A stretch of 64,000 nt of DNA from a virus: positions 27,048 to 91,047 of IMG/VR virus record IMGVR_UViG_3300036766_000806, one strand, 5' to 3'. Under the pieces are notes generated by a model. That model was given only the letters and a program-made list of their open reading frames with translations. It was not told the origin of the DNA and ran no database searches. The translations under genes and the position numbers were made by a program. Of this stretch, positions 9,720 through 18,972 are shown in pieces (positions within the stretch are counted from its first letter, which is position 1; each line of letters starts with the position of its first letter).

Positions 9720-10814
9720 ATGGCAACAAAAAACATACATCTAATCATCATCGATCCGCAGAATGATTTCTGCATCAAAACTGGCCCCGGCGGTGAAATC
9801 GGCGCACTAGTTGTAGCGGGTGCTGATTCTGATATGAAACGGCTCGGCGCTTTCATCACGAAAAACAAAACTCGCATTAATGAATTTCACTGTACCTTAG
9901 ATTCTCACCAAGAAGTACATGTCGCCCATCCAATCTTTTGGTTGGATTCCAAGGGCAATCATCCCGCTCCCTTTACATTGATTACAGATGATGACGTGAG
10001 AAACGCCAAGTGGCGATGTTTTAATCCTAAATGGCAACCTCGTGCTCAGGCTTATGTGGATGCTCTCAAATCAAAAGGTCTCGACCAGCTAAATGCTGGC
10101 AGTGGATACAAATTCAGCGCAACCAGAGTCAAAGATCTGGGTGCGTCTGAATACACCCTCGCAACAATTGTCGTGGATGCATCTGGGTCTGTTGCGGGGT
10201 TTGAGGATCAGCTAAATCAATGTCTCAAAACCGTTTTCAATGCTTGTGCCAAGTCTCCTCGCCGTGATAATCTGATGCTTCGTGTCATTCAGTTCAATAC
10301 AGTGTTGACTGAGTTACATGGATTCAAGTTGCTTGGTTCAATCACCGAAAAGGATTATGACAACATTCTTCAAATTGGTGGATCAACAGCCCTCTTCGAG
10401 AGCATGGATGAAGCAGTTCAAGCTACTGGTACTTATGGCAAGTCTTTAACTTCTCAGGACTTCCTCTGCAATGCAATTGTTGTTGTAGTCACTGACGGAG
10501 AAAACAACGATGGTGCAATTATGGACCCGGCACAAGTCAAGAAATCTCTGCAACAGGTTCGCCGTTCAGAGAATCTCGAATCAATTCTTCTCATTCTCGT
10601 TGGCGTCACCAACGATGATGTAAAGCTGAATACTTATCTCCAGACTGTCAAGGATGACTGTGGATGCGATCAATATGTTTCAATAGGTCGTGCAACCCCC
10701 GGACGTGTGGCAAAACTTGCAGAGTTCATAAGTCAGTCCATATCAAGTACTTCCTCGGCTCTGGCGAATAAGACGCAAAGTACGCCGCTCAATCCGGCAT
10801 CGTTCAAGTTTTAA
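9720..10814 (+). CDS. chimera: N-terminal half of nicotinamidase/isochorismatase (PncA-like) fused to vWA domain
   Basis: IIDPQNDFC...GALVVAGA...TLDSH...HVAHP (PncA) to about residue 120, then VVDASGSV (MIDAS), GGSTALF, VVTDGENN (vWA). Confidence 0.85.
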   Translation: MATKNIHLIIIDPQNDFCIKTGPGGEIGALVVAGADSDMKRLGAFITKNKTRINEFHCTLDSHQEVHVAHPIFWLDSKGNHPAPFTLITDDDVRNAKWRCFNPKWQPRAQAYVDALKSKGLDQLNAGSGYKFSATRVKDLGASEYTLATIVVDASGSVAGFEDQLNQCLKTVFNACAKSPRRDNLMLRVIQFNTVLTELHGFKLLGSITEKDYDNILQIGGSTALFESMDEAVQATGTYGKSLTSQDFLCNAIVVVVTDGENNDGAIMDPAQVKKSLQQVRRSENLESILLILVGVTNDDVKLNTYLQTVKDDCGCDQYVSIGRATPGRVAKLAEFISQSISSTSSALANKTQSTPLNPASFKF

Positions 10815-10845
10815 GCGGGAACCTGCTGCTAACCCTAAACGGAAG

Positions 10846-10874
10846 AAAGGGCACCGGATTCCGGTGCCCTTTTT
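10846..10874. terminator. bidirectional intrinsic terminator
   Basis: AAAGGGCACCGG-ATT-CCGGTGCCCTTTTT. Confidence 0.8.
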
Positions 10875-10898
10875 GATAATGTCAAAATACACACGACC

Positions 10899-12032
10899 CT
10901 AAAGGGTCGGTGCTTGCCTCTGACTGACAGAGACGATTGGTGATTTGACTTTCACCTGTCCATCAAGTGCGGAGCACGTAATGGAGTGTTTGTTATACCG
11001 AAGTCCAATATTATTAGAAGCGTTGAGGTCAGCATCTAATACTTTTCCGTCAATGGCATAATACCTACATCCTTTACGCTTGCCATTGTCAAGACCCCGA
11101 TAGTCAAGTTGGCTGGTGTAGTGAGGACAAACGACTTCCACTCTCTTGCCGAGAGCGAGTGCCTTGTAGGTCAATATGGTTTTGAGTGTGAAAAATGGGA
11201 CTTGGGATAATCGGTTGTTGAACCTTTTACCTTTGGATTTGGACTTGATTTTGGAAAGGTCTTCCAAGACCAATATGTTTGCGGAAGTTGTCAATAGGTC
11301 ATTGACAATGTGATGTGTGTAGTTCTTTGAGAAATGATATTCTCTGCGTCTCAACGTTTTGAGTTTGGTTCGGGCAGAGTGAGAAAGTTTGCCTTGAAGT
11401 TTGCGTTTATTCCAACGTATCTTTCGCTTATGCTTATTGAAGTCGTTGCCTTTGACGATGTTTCCTTCGCTTGTAGCGACAAGACGTTTTAGACCTAAAT
11501 CTATACCAATGGTCTTGGTTCCTTTGAGTGGTTTGGTGGTGTCGTTGAAAACAACAGACAGAAATACATCGTTTCCTCTTGCGAATACGGATGGGTCTTG
11601 TAGAGGAAACTTCTCAAATAGTTCATTGACCTTTTGATACTTGGAGAGTTTGGCAGTGATACGTCCATCCATCGTAGTGAGTTTGATGGCATCATTTCCA
11701 ATCCAAGTATAGATACGCTTATCAAGTTGGATGTTGAGACGATTGGTTTTGACTGGTTCCTCAATCTTGTGATGATTGGCACGGATGGTCTTATACTTGG
11801 AGATTACGTCTTGTTCTGCCTTGATTACAAACTGACTTGGAAGGGCTGGAAACTGCTTACGGACTAAATCGTAGGAGCGTTGGTGAAGAGGCATAATGCC
11901 ATTACAGGTCTTCATTCCAAAGCGGATGGTGGATATAACGTTGAATGCCTCACGCTTCAAGGCGAGGGAGTTGATGAGGGACTGCTTATCCTCATCTTTC
12001 TCAAAAATCAACTTTATATTGTATGTTTTCAT
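10899..12032 (-). CDS. tnpB: TnpB RNA-guided nuclease
   Basis: RuvC motifs IGIDLGL, VLEDL, DADLNAS; YTSQ; Zn finger reduced. Confidence 0.92.
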   Translation of the reverse strand: MKTYNIKLIFEKDEDKQSLINSLALKREAFNVISTIRFGMKTCNGIMPLHQRSYDLVRKQFPALPSQFVIKAEQDVISKYKTIRANHHKIEEPVKTNRLNIQLDKRIYTWIGNDAIKLTTMDGRITAKLSKYQKVNELFEKFPLQDPSVFARGNDVFLSVVFNDTTKPLKGTKTIGIDLGLKRLVATSEGNIVKGNDFNKHKRKIRWNKRKLQGKLSHSARTKLKTLRRREYHFSKNYTHHIVNDLLTTSANILVLEDLSKIKSKSKGKRFNNRLSQVPFFTLKTILTYKALALGKRVEVVCPHYTSQLDYRGLDNGKRKGCRYYAIDGKVLDADLNASNNIGLRYNKHSITCSALDGQVKVKSPIVSVSQRQAPTL

Positions 12033-12059
12033 TTACTGACTGATACATATAGTGAGAAT

Positions 12060-12473
12060 ATGTCAAAAGCACAAAAATCGTATCATTGTTCGTCCCATAG
12101 CAAATATTTGCTACAGGCACATCTTGTATTTGCGACCAAGTATCGCAAGAAACTGCTTGATTGTCAAGTCAAAGAAGACATCAAACAAATCTGCTACGAC
12201 ATTGCGAAGGAGAAGGGTATTACTATTGTAGCGATGGAAACTGATTTAGACCACATACATTTGATGGTGGATTATCCACCTACGAAGTCAGTGTTAGAAA
12301 TGGTTGGGAACTTCAAGTCCATATCCACGTTTAGGATATACAAGAAGCATAGAGCATTCCTAAAGGGTCATTTTTGGAAGGAAAATACGTTTTGGAGCGA
12401 TGGATATTTCACTTGCTCCATTGGTGAGGCATCACCTGAAACCATCAAAAAATACATTGAAACACAAGGATAG
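12060..12473 (+). CDS. tnpA: IS200-type Y1 HUH transposase
   Basis: HLVFATKYRK, DHIHL, FWSDGYF, IKKYIETQ. Confidence 0.95.
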   Translation: MSKAQKSYHCSSHSKYLLQAHLVFATKYRKKLLDCQVKEDIKQICYDIAKEKGITIVAMETDLDHIHLMVDYPPTKSVLEMVGNFKSISTFRIYKKHRAFLKGHFWKENTFWSDGYFTCSIGEASPETIKKYIETQG

Positions 12474-12530
12474 ATGTCGTTGCTCCTCCCCTACCCTAAA
12501 GGGATAGGGGTTTCCGCAACGAGAAAAAAT

Positions 12531-13295
12531 ATGAATGAAGCACCCGAAATTGCTAACCACGCCGTCTATAATGGAAAAATGGAGCTTTCCATGATGGATA
12601 AACTTTTCTTCGTTGACAAAATCGAGCCAGATGTTGTTGTGGACCTTGGTTGCGCCAACGGCGCTTTGTTACGGGCTATTAGCAGGGCGAAAAATGTCAA
12701 GCTGGTTGGATATGACAATGATCCCAAAATGGCACAGATGACTACAGATTTTTCTGTCTATTCTGATTGGGAAAGTGTGAAATTTGTCATTACTGAATAT
12801 AAGCACCCCGCTTTTGTTCTTTCCTCTGTCATTCACGAAGTTTGCCACTACGGAAGTAAAACGGATATTGATGCTTTCTGGAAACGGGTTTTTGAGTCTG
12901 GATTTGAGTACATAGTCATTCGGGATATGGTGCCGGGGCGAGCGGTTGATCGGATGAGCAATGCGAATGATGTCAAGAAGGTTTATCATAAGTTTCTTGG
13001 CACCAAAGCTCTTGACGATTTTGAACGGGTATGGGGAAGTATTGAAAACAATAAGCAGCTTATCCATTTCCTTCTCAAATACCGCTATCTCGAACCGAAC
13101 TGGGAGCGAGAAGTGAGAGAAAACTATATGCCCATCACTCGTGAAGCATTACTCGCCAAGATCCCAATGGAATATAATGTTATATTTCACGAGCATTATG
13201 TTTTGCCATATTTACTACAAACAGTACAAGATGATCTCGGGGTAGAAATCAAAGATCCAACACACTTAAAACTGATATTGAGGAAAAGCAAATGA
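12531..13295 (+). CDS. class I SAM-dependent methyltransferase-like protein
   Basis: VVDLGCANG, VGYD, LSSVIHE. Confidence 0.75.
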   Translation: MNEAPEIANHAVYNGKMELSMMDKLFFVDKIEPDVVVDLGCANGALLRAISRAKNVKLVGYDNDPKMAQMTTDFSVYSDWESVKFVITEYKHPAFVLSSVIHEVCHYGSKTDIDAFWKRVFESGFEYIVIRDMVPGRAVDRMSNANDVKKVYHKFLGTKALDDFERVWGSIENNKQLIHFLLKYRYLEPNWEREVRENYMPITREALLAKIPMEYNVIFHEHYVLPYLLQTVQDDLGVEIKDPTHLKLILRKSK

Positions 13296-13744
13296 TCGTT
13301 ATCTATTCAGATCAAGACGTACAAAGGCTTCTTTCGATAAATGTGGACAGCGTTTTTCTCGCTGGTCCAACTTCACGATCCAAAGACGTGCCTTTATGGA
13401 GACCCGAAGCACTGGATATTTTGCGAGCACACGAATACAGCGGGCAAGTATTAGTGCCTGAGTATCTTGATAAGGAGAAACCCTTTGATTTTGATAAACA
13501 AGTAGAATGGGAGTACTATGCACTTGAACATTGCAAGAAGATTATTTTTTGGATACCGAGAAAAATGGACACGATGCCAGCCCTCACAACCAATGTAGAG
13601 TTTGGGCATTATGCTGGTTATTGTAGGGTGTTTTATGGCAGACCTGATGATGCAGAAAAATGTCAGTATCTCGATTGGTTTTACCGAAAGCATGAGTGGA
13701 GACCTATTTACAATAACCTCAAAGACCTATTGAATGCAATATGA
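13292..13744 (+). CDS. nucleoside 2-deoxyribosyltransferase-like protein
   Basis: SVFLAGPT...WR...QVEWE...IIFWIPR...TTNVEFG. Confidence 0.8.
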   Translation: MIVIYSDQDVQRLLSINVDSVFLAGPTSRSKDVPLWRPEALDILRAHEYSGQVLVPEYLDKEKPFDFDKQVEWEYYALEHCKKIIFWIPRKMDTMPALTTNVEFGHYAGYCRVFYGRPDDAEKCQYLDWFYRKHEWRPIYNNLKDLLNAI

Positions 13745-14352
13745 AAACATGGATTACAGCAGATTGGCACCTTGGCGAAGATCGCTTTGAATTGATGGGC
13801 GGGCCATTTTCAAGTGCGAATCAAATGTCAAGTACTTTGATTACTAATCACAATCTCTTGGTTGCGCCCGAGGATAAAGTTATCGTGGTTGGGGATGTTT
13901 GCTATCAAAAAGCACCAGAATATCTTTATCAAGTGGCACATTTCAATGGACACAAAACACTTGTGCGTGGCAATCATGACCGAGTATTTACGGACGAACA
14001 ACTGAAACCATATTTTGATACAATTATTGCCGATGGAGACGGATTTGCTATCACGACAGGCGACGATTTACTTTGTTATGTTACGCATTATCCCACTGAG
14101 GGAAGGGGAGATATATTTAACTTGGTGGGGCATATTCATGCCGCCTGGAAATATCAGTTGAATATGCTTAATGTTGGAGTGGACGTACATCACTTCCAAC
14201 CAGTAGATATCGATAAGATCCCATTTCACCTTGAAGCAATCAAAAGGTATTATGATAAAGATGTATGGGTTGCTTATGACAGCGCAAATACGAAGTGGTG
14301 TGGATTAAGGGGTAAAAAGGGAACGTATTTTCGTCCCCAAGCTGACAAATAA
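13741..14352 (+). CDS. calcineurin-like metallophosphoesterase
   Basis: DWHLG, VGDV, GNHD, THYP, GHIH. Confidence 0.9.
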   Translation: MKTWITADWHLGEDRFELMGGPFSSANQMSSTLITNHNLLVAPEDKVIVVGDVCYQKAPEYLYQVAHFNGHKTLVRGNHDRVFTDEQLKPYFDTIIADGDGFAITTGDDLLCYVTHYPTEGRGDIFNLVGHIHAAWKYQLNMLNVGVDVHHFQPVDIDKIPFHLEAIKRYYDKDVWVAYDSANTKWCGLRGKKGTYFRPQADK

Positions 14353-14391
14353 TCTACTTGACTTTTTATACAAGTATGGTATGGTACAAGC

Positions 14392-14571
14392 ATGAAAGTT
14401 AAAGATCTCATACGCAAATTAAAAAAAGAAGATCCCGAAGTAGAAGTGTTAGTCCGGACACGTACTTGTGTGGGAAATGTGGCTTATGTCCGTAGAGTAG
14501 AAAAATCTACCTATGGATTCTTTGGGAAAAATATTCCTTGTATTCTTCTTAATCACGATGGTCAGGAATAG
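14392..14571 (+). CDS. small hypothetical protein
   Basis: MKVKDLIRKLKKEDPEVEV; leaderless after promoter 14358-14385. Confidence 0.65.
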   Translation: MKVKDLIRKLKKEDPEVEVLVRTRTCVGNVAYVRRVEKSTYGFFGKNIPCILLNHDGQE

Positions 14572-14653
14572 TTTGATGTTATGATGGAAAATTGTTGGGG
14601 ATTACCAAAAAGGAACACCTTGACATTTTATAGTTCTGTGGTATCTTCTCAAT

Positions 14654-15832
14654 ATGATAAAAATTGATAAGCCGATTATATTATCTATACTAGACACGGA
14701 TCTTTATAAAGTTACGATGGGACAAATGGTGTTCCATGATTTTCCCGAAGCTGTGGTACAGTATGATTTCATAAACCGTGGTAAAACACCATTTCCTCCC
14801 GGATTTGATAAGGCTTTACAAGAACAAATCAACCATTTGGCATCTCTTCGTTTGACTCCGGATGAGGAGGGGTGGACAAAAACCATTCCATATATTCGCC
14901 CGACGTATATAGAATGGCTTAGAGGATATATTTACGATCCTAACAAAGTTGTGTTTGAGCTAGATTCTAACGGTCAGCTTAGACTTCAAATTCACGGTCC
15001 CTGGTATCGTACTATTTATTGGGAAGTACCTCTCATGGCTATTATTTCTGAATTGTTTTTCAAAATGACAAACCAACAAATGGATAGTAATGCTTATTCT
15101 CGCATTATTACTACGGCAGAAAACCTTAGAAATGCTGATGCTTACTGGATAGATTTTGGTACAAGACGCCGATTTTCATATGAAATACAAAATGCCGTTG
15201 TTAGAACTATGAAAAAATATAAAGGATTTCTTGGAACGAGTAATCCTTATTTAGCTTATATACACGGTGTTACTCCACATGGTACATTTGCCCATGAACT
15301 CGTACAAGGAATTTCGGGAATGTATGGAGTCCGAGGAGCCAATACGATTACAATGAAACGTTGGGCAGAGCATTTCAATGGTAACTTGGGTGTAGCTTTG
15401 TCCGACACTTTTGGAACCTTTTCGTTTTTAAGAGACTTTGATATATATACCGCTAAACTTTTTGATGGAGTTCGCCAAGATTCTGGAGATCCAATTTTTT
15501 GGGGACATAAAATAATAGAGCATTATAAAAAGTTGGGTATTCCAACCAGTAACAAGCGATTGGTGTTTAGTGATAATCTCAATGATGAAAAGTACATTAA
15601 AATTCACAACTTATTTAAGGATATTGCTCAACCCATCGGAGGAATCGGCACTTTTCTTAGTAACAATGTTGGAGTAAAACCATTAAACATGGTAGTGAAA
15701 TTGAAACGTATCAAAAAAACAAAAAATTCGGAGTGGATTGATGTAGTGAAGCTCAGTGATGACCCAGGAAAAGAAATCGGTACTCCAGAGGCAATAGAAC
15801 TTGCTAAAAAAGAATTAGGCATAAGTGCTTGA
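14654..15832 (+). CDS. pncB: nicotinate phosphoribosyltransferase
   Basis: LDTDLYKVTM, DFGTRRRFS, GTSN, GTFAHE, DGVRQDSGDP, VFSD, GIGT, KLSDDPGK. Confidence 0.93.
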   Translation: MIKIDKPIILSILDTDLYKVTMGQMVFHDFPEAVVQYDFINRGKTPFPPGFDKALQEQINHLASLRLTPDEEGWTKTIPYIRPTYIEWLRGYIYDPNKVVFELDSNGQLRLQIHGPWYRTIYWEVPLMAIISELFFKMTNQQMDSNAYSRIITTAENLRNADAYWIDFGTRRRFSYEIQNAVVRTMKKYKGFLGTSNPYLAYIHGVTPHGTFAHELVQGISGMYGVRGANTITMKRWAEHFNGNLGVALSDTFGTFSFLRDFDIYTAKLFDGVRQDSGDPIFWGHKIIEHYKKLGIPTSNKRLVFSDNLNDEKYIKIHNLFKDIAQPIGGIGTFLSNNVGVKPLNMVVKLKRIKKTKNSEWIDVVKLSDDPGKEIGTPEAIELAKKELGISA

Positions 15833-15856
15833 CTTTTTATAAAAGTGGAGTATAAT
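15829..15856 (+). promoter_or_regulatory. representative sigma70-type leaderless promoter whose -35 box contains the pncB stop codon
   Basis: TTGACT(15829)-N16-TATAAT(15851)-N6-ATG(15863). Confidence 0.85.
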
Positions 15857-15862
15857 GTCAGC

Positions 15863-16276
15863 ATGATTATCAAACTCCATTGCGACTGCGGACAACCCAT
15901 CGAAGTAGAAGCCGAACAACACGGACAATCCTTCAACTGCCCCTCTTGTAATAAGGATTTGATTGTCCCCGATTATAAACCATCCCCGCCCGTTATTCCT
16001 CCACCCATTCCCGTGACAGAACGAGTGAAGATAAAGGAAAAGCAATCCCACGCCGGTCCTATTGCCTTGTTTCTGATTGGTCTAATCCTTACTCCCTTCA
16101 CCTGTGGCATAGGAATACTATTCATTGTCGTCGCCATCATTGCCGACCTACTTACTCCTATCTACAAATCCATTTATGTCTGCGGTCAGTGTGGCAACTC
16201 CATTTCCTCGGTCTCTAAAATCTGCCCAGTCTGCCATATAGAACTCATTGATCCTCGCCCGTGGTGGAAGTTTTAG
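15863..16276 (+). CDS. double zinc-ribbon membrane protein
   Basis: CDCGQPIEV...G...CPSC...VP, Pro-rich linker, TM helices, CGQCG...CPVC. Confidence 0.75.
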   Translation: MIIKLHCDCGQPIEVEAEQHGQSFNCPSCNKDLIVPDYKPSPPVIPPPIPVTERVKIKEKQSHAGPIALFLIGLILTPFTCGIGILFIVVAIIADLLTPIYKSIYVCGQCGNSISSVSKICPVCHIELIDPRPWWKF

Positions 16277-16288
16277 AAAAATAGGGTT

Positions 16289-16624
16289 ATGAGTGTGAAA
16301 ATGGAACACAAATACAAACAAATGAAAAAATCAAAAAAACCAGAACCATTACGGATGTCATATGAAACGTATGCTTATCTCAAATCTCTTCTTGAAAGAG
16401 AAATGAAGTTATTAGACCACGATTTAAAAATAGCGTATAATTTCATTCCCAAAGAACCATATGAGCGTGGAAAACTTTCGGGAGTAGATAAAGCTAATAA
16501 CATCTTTATAACTGAGTATTCCAGATTAAATGCCATGTTAACCGAACTTTGGAAGGTTGCTCAAGCAACTTACAAAGATCACCCAAATCTTGAAATGAGA
16601 AGATTTTGGGGACTAAAAGAGTGA
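16289..16624 (+). CDS. hypothetical protein
   Basis: ORF track. Confidence 0.6.
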   Translation: MSVKMEHKYKQMKKSKKPEPLRMSYETYAYLKSLLEREMKLLDHDLKIAYNFIPKEPYERGKLSGVDKANNIFITEYSRLNAMLTELWKVAQATYKDHPNLEMRRFWGLKE

Positions 16625-17061
16625 ATCTATTCAATATCAGAAATACGTTTGAGACCAAGGAAGCCAAAGGCTGGTCAGAAGTCTATTTCTGTGTTGATCT
16701 GCATGGCACTATAATTCCTCCTGGTAAAGATGCCAGCGATAAAACAGATGCCTTAAAGTTTTATCCAGATGCCAGAATAGTTCTTCAATGGTTGAGTCGC
16801 CGCAAAGACATAGTAATGATTTTGTGGACTTCTACGCCTGTTGATCGGCTTGTTCCGATATGGCAATGGCTAAACAATAATGATGTTTATTTTGATTATC
16901 TTAACAGAAATCCTCACGCTAAAGATACTCCTAGAAGTGACTTCTCCAAAAAGTTTTATGCTAATGTTTTATTAGACGATCATGCCGGCTTTGAACCAAT
17001 GACTGACTGGACTAAAATAAAACAAGAACTGATTGATATTGGAGAGTGGGATAAAACTTGA
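16621..17061 (+). CDS. HAD-superfamily-like protein
   Basis: VDLHGT, LWTS, K...LLDD. Confidence 0.65.
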   Translation: MNLFNIRNTFETKEAKGWSEVYFCVDLHGTIIPPGKDASDKTDALKFYPDARIVLQWLSRRKDIVMILWTSTPVDRLVPIWQWLNNNDVYFDYLNRNPHAKDTPRSDFSKKFYANVLLDDHAGFEPMTDWTKIKQELIDIGEWDKT

Positions 17062-17093
17062 CATTCCCCCGCCAATATGATAAGATTGAAAAT

Positions 17094-17243
17094 ATGAATA
17101 ATAGCAATACACCAAATCCAAATGAGCGAACTCCTGTTGTAGAGTTTGAATATCCTGATAGCACCACCGGCAAGATGAAAGTACGTTATCTTCGTGTCAT
17201 TGAAGCCAATGGCCACTTTCAATACTACAGTGCGCTGGAATAG
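17094..17243 (+). pseudogene. truncated paralog of the WYL-like protein at 48734-49177
   Basis: PVVEFEYP...RYLRVI resembles PLVFFCYP...VVRVI; ends early. Confidence 0.45.
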
Positions 17244-17401
17244 GACTTCTAATTCGTCTTTTTACTTATGAAAATCCTTTTGGTCATACAGCAGATAACA
17301 AAGATATAAAGAAATCCACAAAGATGGCCAGATTAATTGGATTGTTAGCTCTTCCTTGGATGTGGCTTCTTACGGGATATATTATCCATAAAATGTTATA
17401 A

Positions 17402-18091
17402 ATGGAAATTTCACTTGCGATAGTAGGAACGGCGGGACGCCAAGATGATGCTAAAAAATTGTCAAAGCAACATTTTGAAGCAATGTATGTTGTAGCAGAA
17501 GGTTTAATAGACCAACTAAAAGAAAACAATTACCCGATTACACATTTAGTTAGTGGAGGCGCTGCGTTTGCGGATCATGTAGCAGTAAGATTATTTCTTG
17601 ATAAGAAAGTTGCTCATCTTCGTCTCTTTATTCCTTGTGAATTTGTCGGCGGTTCTTATAGAGATAATGGGGCGGGAGATCCTTTCAAAAATCCTGGGGG
17701 GACTGCCAACTATTATCACAAACAGTTTCAAGTAACTACTGGGATAAATTCCCTTACTGAAATACAGATAGCAAGTTCCGAAGGAGCAGAACTAATACCT
17801 GTAGCAAGGGGATTTTATGCAAGAAATGCACTTGTGGCAAAATCAGATTTTCTTTTAGCAATGACATTCGGTAAAGGTAGGGAAGTCAAGGATGGCGGCA
17901 CGGCAGATACAGTACGCCGTTATCTTGAACGAGTACGCAAAGAAGGTTTTTTCAATAAAAGTTTCCACTATAATCTGGGTGATGGACAGATTTATGAAGG
18001 ATGTACTACGCCATCAAGGGAAAAAGAAGATAAGGGAGGACCATATACAATACCTCAATATCTTCATAAGTTAAAGAAAGTCAATCCATGA
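17402..18091 (+). CDS. SLOG-superfamily (DprA/YspA-like) protein
   Basis: LAIVGTAGR, LVSGGAAFAD, ARNALVA, GGTADTV. Confidence 0.75.
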   Translation: MEISLAIVGTAGRQDDAKKLSKQHFEAMYVVAEGLIDQLKENNYPITHLVSGGAAFADHVAVRLFLDKKVAHLRLFIPCEFVGGSYRDNGAGDPFKNPGGTANYYHKQFQVTTGINSLTEIQIASSEGAELIPVARGFYARNALVAKSDFLLAMTFGKGREVKDGGTADTVRRYLERVRKEGFFNKSFHYNLGDGQIYEGCTTPSREKEDKGGPYTIPQYLHKLKKVNP

Positions 18092-18390
18092 GTACTATTA
18101 TCAAAGCACCGTGGTCAAAGGAATTTGTAGATATACTCAATGCTTATCAACAAAATCCCGACGCTCATCCATATACTTGTGAACATTGTCGAAATATTTA
18201 CGGCACCCGTTTTATTATAGATGAAAATGGAAAATTGATAAAAGAACCTTCTGACTTTAAGCCTTGGGAAGGGGATAACTGGAAGAAAGTAATTTTCAAG
18301 GAAAGAAAACTAGTCGCCACTAGAAAGGGATGGGTATGCAAGACCTGTAATAATATCCAAGACTGGTGTTATGATTTCTCAATATTATGA
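18088..18390 (+). CDS. hypothetical protein
   Basis: HPYTC...LVAT..GWVC..C...QDW pattern of phage hypotheticals. Confidence 0.65.
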   Translation: MSTIIKAPWSKEFVDILNAYQQNPDAHPYTCEHCRNIYGTRFIIDENGKLIKEPSDFKPWEGDNWKKVIFKERKLVATRKGWVCKTCNNIQDWCYDFSIL

Positions 18391-18391
18391 G

Positions 18392-18655
18392 TTATACCAC
18401 CGAAGAAATAATCTTTGCGGCATCCTTCTCAGAAGCATTTTGTCTTGCTATGAATCGGCCAAGGCTCTTCATTCGATGTTCAATTGATTCAAGCATTTCT
18501 TTTACTTCGTTTATATCAGCCTCATAATCCTCTTCGCCCCACCCATAATCCTCTCTATACACATTGAGAATTTCTGGATTAGAAAGAAACTCAGTCAGGG
18601 TTTTCTTTATTGTCTCCAAAGTTTTGAGGCTTCTGATGCGATTTAGATCAATCAT
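18392..18655 (-). CDS. hypothetical protein
   Basis: ORF track, internal ATG. Confidence 0.6.
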   Translation of the reverse strand: MIDLNRIRSLKTLETIKKTLTEFLSNPEILNVYREDYGWGEEDYEADINEVKEMLESIEHRMKSLGRFIARQNASEKDAAKIISSVV

Positions 18656-18732
18656 ATAGATCGTTATTTTTATAATCCTTCCTCCACCAGATAAGGACAA
18701 TCGGCAAAAGTATGCAAAATGCAAATGCCAAA

Positions 18733-18972
18733 TCAACGAGGTTTTTCATCTTTTCCCACAATTTTTTCATATTTTTCATCCGGCGCTGCGGAAGCAATAA
18801 GGCCAAGTACTACGCCAATAAATATCACAATAATGAAGAAAGCTGGTGAGGGAATTTTAGTCAATACAGAAAGAATGCCTCTCCATAGAACAATCACTAT
18901 TAGACCAAGGACAAGAGTTGAAGCCATTTGATCCGGCACCACCACGAGAACTCGTTTTAGATATTTTATCAT
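18733..18972 (-). CDS. two-TM membrane protein
   Basis: Hydrophobic helices; minus-strand promoter at ~19005-18978. Confidence 0.65.
   Translation of the reverse strand: MIKYLKRVLVVVPDQMASTLVLGLIVIVLWRGILSVLTKIPSPAFFIIVIFIGVVLGLIASAAPDEKYEKIVGKDEKPR

Larger units (their letters stand above)
10881..12530 (-). mobile_element. IS200/IS605-family element with divergent tnpA and tnpB
   Basis: Subterminal hairpins CGACCCTAAAGGGTCG (10894) and CCCCTACCCTAAAGGGATAGGGG (12488); right end TTGAC on - strand; removal rejoins GATAAT to ATG 12531. Confidence 0.85.
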
